Shown here: piece by piece, positions 58,520 to 64,000 of the stretch
Layout of the letters: each line of letters opens with the position of its first letter
Position numbering within the stretch: position 1 is the first letter of the stretch
Translations under genes and position numbers: made by a program
From: an uncultured Candidatus Rokubacteria bacterium
Lineage (GTDB): Bacteria > Methylomirabilota > Methylomirabilia > Rokubacteriales > CSP1-6
Length of the DNA: 64,000 nt
Direction: 5' to 3'
Assembly: GCA_963754315.1 (NCBI GenBank)
Contig: CAVWFS010000007.1
Coordinates: 1-64,000 of the forward strand
Notes under the pieces: model-generated
What the model saw: the letters and a program-made list of their open reading frames with translations, nothing else
The model's database searches: none
Told to the model about the DNA's origin: nothing

Positions 58520-60873
58520 ATGAAACCGCCGCTGACCACCCTGGACCGTTACCTCGTGCGGGAGCTGGTCGGGCCCTTCTTGATCAGCGTCGTCCTGTTC
58601 ACGTTCTTCTTTCTTATCGACCGTATCTACCATCTGACCGATCTCGTTATTACCAAGGGTGTCCCCTTCTACCTCGTCCTGCAACTGCTCGTGTACATCC
58701 TGCCCTCCTTCCTGGCCCTCACCCTGCCTATGGCCCTCCTGCTGGCCGTGCTGCTGGCGGGTGGACGCCTGGCGGGCGACCTCGAGATCGTGGCCTGCCA
58801 GGCGGCGGGTGTCGGTCCCGGGCGGATGTTCCGCCCGGTCCTGCTGGCGGCGATGGTGGTGGCACTCACCGGAGCCCTGTTCACCATGGTCCTAGTCCCG
58901 GTCGCTGGTCAGGAGTTCCAACGCCAGCTCTTCAAGATCCTCCAGACGCGAGCGGTGAGCGGCATCAAGGAACGGATCTTCAACTCGACGTTTCCGGGCA
59001 TCACGATCTACGTGGAGGAGGTCAGCGCCTCTCAGGTCGCCCTCCGCGGCGTGCTCCTCGCCGACGAGCGGAATCCCAAGCTATCGCGGATCATCACCGC
59101 CCGCGAAGGCCGTCTCTTGACTGACGAGGCAAGCCGGCTCATCACCTTGCGCTTGATCGACGGGGCCGTGAACGAGACGGACGTGATGCCACACGTCATC
59201 GAAGCCACCGAGGTGCCGGCCCCCAGTGGCTCGGCCAGCGCCGACCGGTACCGCTACGCGCGCTTCGCCGTGTACGACATGACACTTCCGCTCGACTCGC
59301 CTCTGGGACCGCTTCGCGACGAGAAGCCGGAGAAGAACCTCTCGTATACCGCCCTCTCCGCGAAGCTCGAGGAACTTCGGAACGACCCTCTCGCGCGGGC
59401 CCCCTTCCTGGTGGAGTGGCACAAGCGCATGCCTTGCCGGTGGCGGCGGTGGTGTTCGCGATCCTAGGCTTCCCTCTGGCCATTCGCTCGCATCGCGGTG
59501 GGCGCAGCATCGCCCTGGTTGGCAGCCTGGTGATTCTGGTCTTCTATTACATCCTGTTGACCTCTCTGGAGGGGGCGGCTCTGCGCCTGCGGTTGCCCGC
59601 CGCGCTGGCCCTATGGGCCCCCAACCTCCTCTTCGGCGGAGTCGGTCTTGCCCTGCTCCTCGTCACGGCCCGCCCCCAGCACGGGCTGCGGCTGACCGTG
59701 CTCTGGCGCCTGCTGGCGGTGGTGTGGGCGCGCCTGCCGCGCCGCCCTGTTCTGCTGCGGCTGCGCCGGCGTCCGCTCGAACCGCGCGAGTCGACACACA
59801 TTATCGATCGCTACCTGGTTCAGGAGTTCCTGGGTCTCATCGGGGTCGGGCTGGCGGTGGCGGCCGCCCTCTTTGTCGTGATCGATCTCATCCAGGATCT
59901 CGACCGCTATCTGCGCGTGAAGCCCTCCCTCGTGCACATCCTCGAGCATTTCGTCTACCGGATGCCCGCCGAGGTGTACAAGGCAATGCCCATCGTGATG
60001 CTCGTCGCCACGATCTTTCTCTTCCTCGGTCTCTCCCGCTACCACGAATTGACGGCGCTCAAGGCGGCCGGCGTCAGCCTGTACCGGGTGAGCGCACCGA
60101 TTCTCGTGCTGGCGTCCCTGGCGGCAGTGGCGGCCGGCGGCTTCCAGGAGCTGGTGCTTCCCAAGCTCAACGAGCTCGGTGACGAGGTCGACCGCATCAA
60201 GATTCGCGGTCAGCAACCGCGTCACCTCCAGACGCGGACGCGCTTATGGCTCCGCAGCGCCGACTCGCGTTTCTACCGGGTCGAACTGCTCGCGCCTGGA
60301 ACGAGCGATCTCTACGGTATGACCGTGCTCGAGGTCGATCGCAATTTTCGACTCCAGCACCGGCTCGACGCTCGGCGGGCGCACTGGGGCCGGCGGGGCT
60401 GGGAACTGAACGACGGAGCTTACCGGGCTATCGTGGCCAACAACCAGGTGGAAACCATCCCGTTCGTGGCCACCGCCATCGAGCTGCCTGAAACCATCGA
60501 AGAGTTCACGCAGATCCAAAAGCCGACCTCGGCGATGAGTTACCGGGAGCTAAGCGACTACGTGGCTCGGCTGCAGGCCGCGGGATTTCAGGTGCGCAAG
60601 GACCTGGTCGACTTGTACGCCAAGCTCTCATCACCCCTCGAGAATCTGATCATGGTCTTGATCGCCATCCCGTTCGCCGTGCAGTCTTCGCGGGGAGGCC
60701 GCCTGTTCGGAGTGGGGCTGGCCATCGCCATCATGGGCGGATACCTCCTGGTCGACCGCGCTGCCCTCGCCTTCTCGCGCGCGGAGTTGTTGCCACCCTT
60801 GCTCGGAGCGTGGACGGCGAACGTCATCTTTCTCGGGCTCGGCACCGCCTTGTTCGTTCGCGCCAGGACTTGA
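58520..60873 (+). CDS. fused LptF/LptG LPS export permease (frameshift at ~59430)
   Basis: Two YjgP/YjgQ domains, each starting (L/I)DRYL. EIVACQAAG and ELTALKAAG. The second domain follows in frame with no start signal. Confidence 0.88.
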
Positions 60874-61225
60874 TTATCATGGGGGGCCTCGACGGCCCCC
60901 CAAACCCCCCGGCGCTCGGGACGCCCCGGGGAACCCGTGGCGCCCCTCGGGATCACGCGTGGTGTTGGGGGCCTCGACGGGACTTGATTATCATGGGGGG
61001 CCTCGACGGCCCCCCAAACCCCCCGGCGCTCGGGACGCCCCGGGGAACCCGTGGCGCCCCTCGGGATCACGCGTGGTGTTGGGGGCCTCGACGGGACTCG
61101 ATTATCATGGGGGGCCTCGACGGCCCCCCAAACCCCCCGGCGCTCGGGACGCCCCGGGGAACCCGTGGCGCCCCTCGGGATCACGCGTGCGTGTTGGGGC
61201 GCCGACGGCCCTCCAACCCCCAGCG
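60867..61225. repeat. three tandem 114-bp REP/BIME-like palindromic units plus a degenerate part
   Basis: Units start at 60867, 60981 and 61095. Each holds the GGGGGGCCTCGACGGCCCCCC hairpin. Located between convergent genes. Confidence 0.92.
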
Positions 61226-61244
61226 GTCCTGCAGGCGACGGGGC

Positions 61245-63965
61245 TCAGGGGCTGCGGCGGGGGTCGGCGAGGGCGCGGAGGGTTTCTTCGAGTTGCTTTT
61301 GCTCGGAGCCGTAAGCGCTCCAGTCGCCGCGACGGAGCGCTTCCTGGGCCCGGTTCCAGATCTCCAAGGCGCGCTGTGCGAGGGGAGCCATGCCAGGGAC
61401 CGATTCGCGGGCGGCCGGCGGGGTCAGGGCGGCGGCCCCCGGCGTCGGCCGCCCGCCGAAGATGCGGGCCAGTGACTGCTCGAGGGTGGGCTCCATGGCG
61501 ATCTGGTTCGCATAGGCCACGACGACACGGCGTAACTCTGGCAGAGCCCCCTGCTCAGCGGCCGCCAGATAGAGCGGCTGGACGTAGATGAGTGATTGGT
61601 CGATCGGAATGGCTAGAAGCGAGCCGCGAATGGCCGTGGAGCCTCGCTGGTTCCAGAGAGCCAACTGCTGTGAGATGACAGGATCCTGGTCGATGCGCGC
61701 ATCGATTTGGCGCGGACCGTACACCAGCTTCTGCTTGGGGAAGTTGTAGACGATCAGGCGGCCATAGTTCGGCGGATCCGAGCGGGCGGCGAGCCAGGCG
61801 ATCATGTTGTCGCGCCGGGCCGGGTTGAAGAGGGTCAGCAGGATGAATTCCTCCCGCTTTTCTTCGGGCAGCCGCATGATCGTGTAGTAGGGCTCCATCT
61901 CGCGATCCCGCCCCTCGATCGTCCGGCGCGGGATCGCCCACAGGTCCTCCTTGTTGTAGAAGACCTGGGGATCTTCCATGTGGTAGACGGCGTATTTCCG
62001 CGCCTGAATGCTGAAGAAGTCCTCCGGATACCGGATGTGCGGGTGCAGATCCTCCGGCATGCGCTCCAGTGGCTGCAGCAAGCCGGGGAAGCTCTGGGCA
62101 TAGACGCGGACGATGGGATCAGACGGATCCGCCACATAGAAGCTCACGGTGCCGTCGTAGGCGTCCGCGACGACCTTGAGCGAGTTCCGAATGTAGTTGC
62201 CCGTCCACTCGGCAGTGCGGACGGGATCAGAATAGGGGTAGCGGTCAGTGGTAGTGTAGCCGTCGAGCATCCACACCAGGCGCCCATCCTTGGTGACGAC
62301 CATGTAGGGGTCGCGGTCGAAGCGGAAGAAGGGCGTGATCTGGCGAACGCGCTCGACCACCGTCCGGTGAATCATGATACGGCTGTCCTGGGTGACGTCG
62401 TCCGACAGGAGGATCTTGATCTCCCCGAAGCGGATGGCGAAGGCGAGCTTCCGCACGAAGGAGCCGATGGGGATGCCGCCGCGGCCGGTATAGGTCGAGT
62501 AGACGTTCTGATCTCCCGACGGGTAGTCGAGCTCCTGGGAGCGGGTACGGACGAGCACGTACTCGTTGGCAATCTCTCCGTAGTAGATCTGCGGACGCGT
62601 GATGGGCGGAAATCCTCCCGATGAAATGGGCGGGATATCCTTCACCACGAACTCGGGAAGACCCTCGGCGGTCACCCGACTCACGGGACCCACCACCGCC
62701 CCGTAGCCGTGGGTGAAGGTGAGGTGCTCGTTGATCCAGATACGCGATTGCAGGTGCGGATACGACAGCTCGCGCGGCGATAGCATCAGCTGACGGTACT
62801 CGCCGTTGAGGGTGTAGCGGTCGTTGTCGACGTCCACGAACTTGTAGTACGTTCGGATCTCCTGCAGCTGGCCGAAGGTCCGCAGGAGGGGCCGGTGATC
62901 CCACAGGCGGATGTTCTTGATGGTGGCTTCATTGCGCTCGATGGCCCGCGCGTCGAGGTTGTCCGGGGCCGGGAACTCTTTCTCCACGACGCGGTCAAGA
63001 CCGTAGGCTTTCCGCGTCATCCGGATGTTATGAAGGATGAAGGGCCGCTCTGCTTCGAGCTCGTTCGGGGTGACCCGCAGGCGCTGCAGGAGGGCTGGAT
63101 AGATCCCGAGTCCCCCGATCCACACGACTCCCAGCACGACCAGTCCCGCCAGCACGAGGCGCAACCCGGGTCGGGCGATCTGCACGAGACAGGCGACGGC
63201 GCTCAGGGTCGCGAGCACGCCCAGGACACCGAGGGCCGGTAGCGAGGCGTGAATGTCGGTATACGTCGCGCCCGCCACGATCCCCCGCGGCGAGTAGAGA
63301 AGCTCGAAGCGGTCAAGCCAGAAGCCTACCGCCCGCAGGAGGAGGAGGAGAGCGGCCAGGACGAGCAGGTGCGTACGCGCCCCCGCCGCCAGCCGCGGCC
63401 CCCGGGTGGTGAGTACGAGGCTGCGCTGGAGCACATACACCACGAAGGTCAAGAGCAGAGTGGCCGCGACCAGGGCCACGCTCCACCCATAGATGAGACG
63501 CCAGAAAGGCAGGGTGAAGACGAAGAACCCCAAGTCGTATCCGAAGAGGGGATCGACGCTCCCGAATGGCTGCGCGTTCAGATAGGCGAGAAGGGTTTCC
63601 CAGTGGGCGGTGGCGCGTAAGCCCGAACCAAGCGAGATGAGCGCGATCACCACCGGCAGAAAGCGCCGGATAAGCGGTTCGATCACCACTCGCCCCGGCA
63701 GGCCGAGCTGGTCTTCCAGCTCCCACAAGACATCGGGCGCCGAGGTCCGCACGGCGAAGGTCAGGTTGGCATACAGAAAGACCATCACGGCCAGGGCCAC
63801 TGCCAGGAAAAGCGTGCCCTTCAGGGAGAGGGACTTTGTGAATACCTGAAGGTACCCGACCTCCTCGAACCAGAGCCACTGGGTGTAGAGGGGTACCGTC
63901 TGGCCCAGGACTGCGAAGGCCAGGAGGGCGATGACGGCAAGGACGATCGGCTGCGGAAATCGCAC
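61245..63965 (-). CDS. UPF0182 family membrane protein
   Basis: LWFEEVGY, NIRLWD, YTTTDRYPYS, NYIRNS and YVQPLY. Confidence 0.95.
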   Translation of the reverse strand: MRFPQPIVLAVIALLAFAVLGQTVPLYTQWLWFEEVGYLQVFTKSLSLKGTLFLAVALAVMVFLYANLTFAVRTSAPDVLWELEDQLGLPGRVVIEPLIRRFLPVVIALISLGSGLRATAHWETLLAYLNAQPFGSVDPLFGYDLGFFVFTLPFWRLIYGWSVALVAATLLLTFVVYVLQRSLVLTTRGPRLAAGARTHLLVLAALLLLLRAVGFWLDRFELLYSPRGIVAGATYTDIHASLPALGVLGVLATLSAVACLVQIARPGLRLVLAGLVVLGVVWIGGLGIYPALLQRLRVTPNELEAERPFILHNIRMTRKAYGLDRVVEKEFPAPDNLDARAIERNEATIKNIRLWDHRPLLRTFGQLQEIRTYYKFVDVDNDRYTLNGEYRQLMLSPRELSYPHLQSRIWINEHLTFTHGYGAVVGPVSRVTAEGLPEFVVKDIPPISSGGFPPITRPQIYYGEIANEYVLVRTRSQELDYPSGDQNVYSTYTGRGGIPIGSFVRKLAFAIRFGEIKILLSDDVTQDSRIMIHRTVVERVRQITPFFRFDRDPYMVVTKDGRLVWMLDGYTTTDRYPYSDPVRTAEWTGNYIRNSLKVVADAYDGTVSFYVADPSDPIVRVYAQSFPGLLQPLERMPEDLHPHIRYPEDFFSIQARKYAVYHMEDPQVFYNKEDLWAIPRRTIEGRDREMEPYYTIMRLPEEKREEFILLTLFNPARRDNMIAWLAARSDPPNYGRLIVYNFPKQKLVYGPRQIDARIDQDPVISQQLALWNQRGSTAIRGSLLAIPIDQSLIYVQPLYLAAAEQGALPELRRVVVAYANQIAMEPTLEQSLARIFGGRPTPGAAALTPPAARESVPGMAPLAQRALEIWNRAQEALRRGDWSAYGSEQKQLEETLRALADPRRSP

Positions 63966-64000
63966 GGTGACGTGATTCCGCAGGCCGGGAGGTTAGAGGC

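Noticed and set aside
60867..61225. CRISPR array
   Set aside because: Whole 114-bp units are repeated with no unique spacers, and there are no cas genes.
60588..61591. ORFs with repeated GGLDGPP/GATGSPG peptides
   Set aside because: Translations of the intergenic tandem repeat.

Overview
GC-rich bacterial window. Gene families and repeat style suggest Ca. Rokubacteria/Methylomirabilota, which is an inference. All product calls come from motif recognition, not database searches. The left ~30 kb is accessory DNA. It holds a ~9.9-kb phage-satellite-like element (2946-12857) bounded by a 14-bp direct repeat that lies inside the 3' end of large serine recombinase (LSR) genes. That element carries a MerR/AlpA-like HTH, a Rep-like gene with heptamer repeats, a P27-like small terminase, an XRE regulator and a secreted S74-chaperone fibre protein, but no capsid, portal or large terminase. 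Next come a mosaic of gene scraps, two IS110-family elements and an RND efflux operon. In one IS110 the bridge RNA, CT core, circle-junction promoter and target site can be read directly from the sequence. The right ~34 kb is mostly core genome: SBP, MFS, paaK plus an orphan PaaA-like gene, miaB, an extended FBP aldolase/phosphatase divergent from a SorC-type regulator, accA, dnaE, guaA, guaB-like, coaX, birA, valS, fused lptF/G, a 114-bp REP-like tandem repeat and UPF0182. Frameshifts are frequent, even in housekeeping genes, so many are probably long-read indel errors. Top candidates for novelty are (1) LSR satellites whose att site swaps the integrase C-terminal tail, ending in -AA, and (2) an IS110 bridge RNA programmed against the AEAQ signal-peptide codons of a multicopy substrate-binding-protein family.
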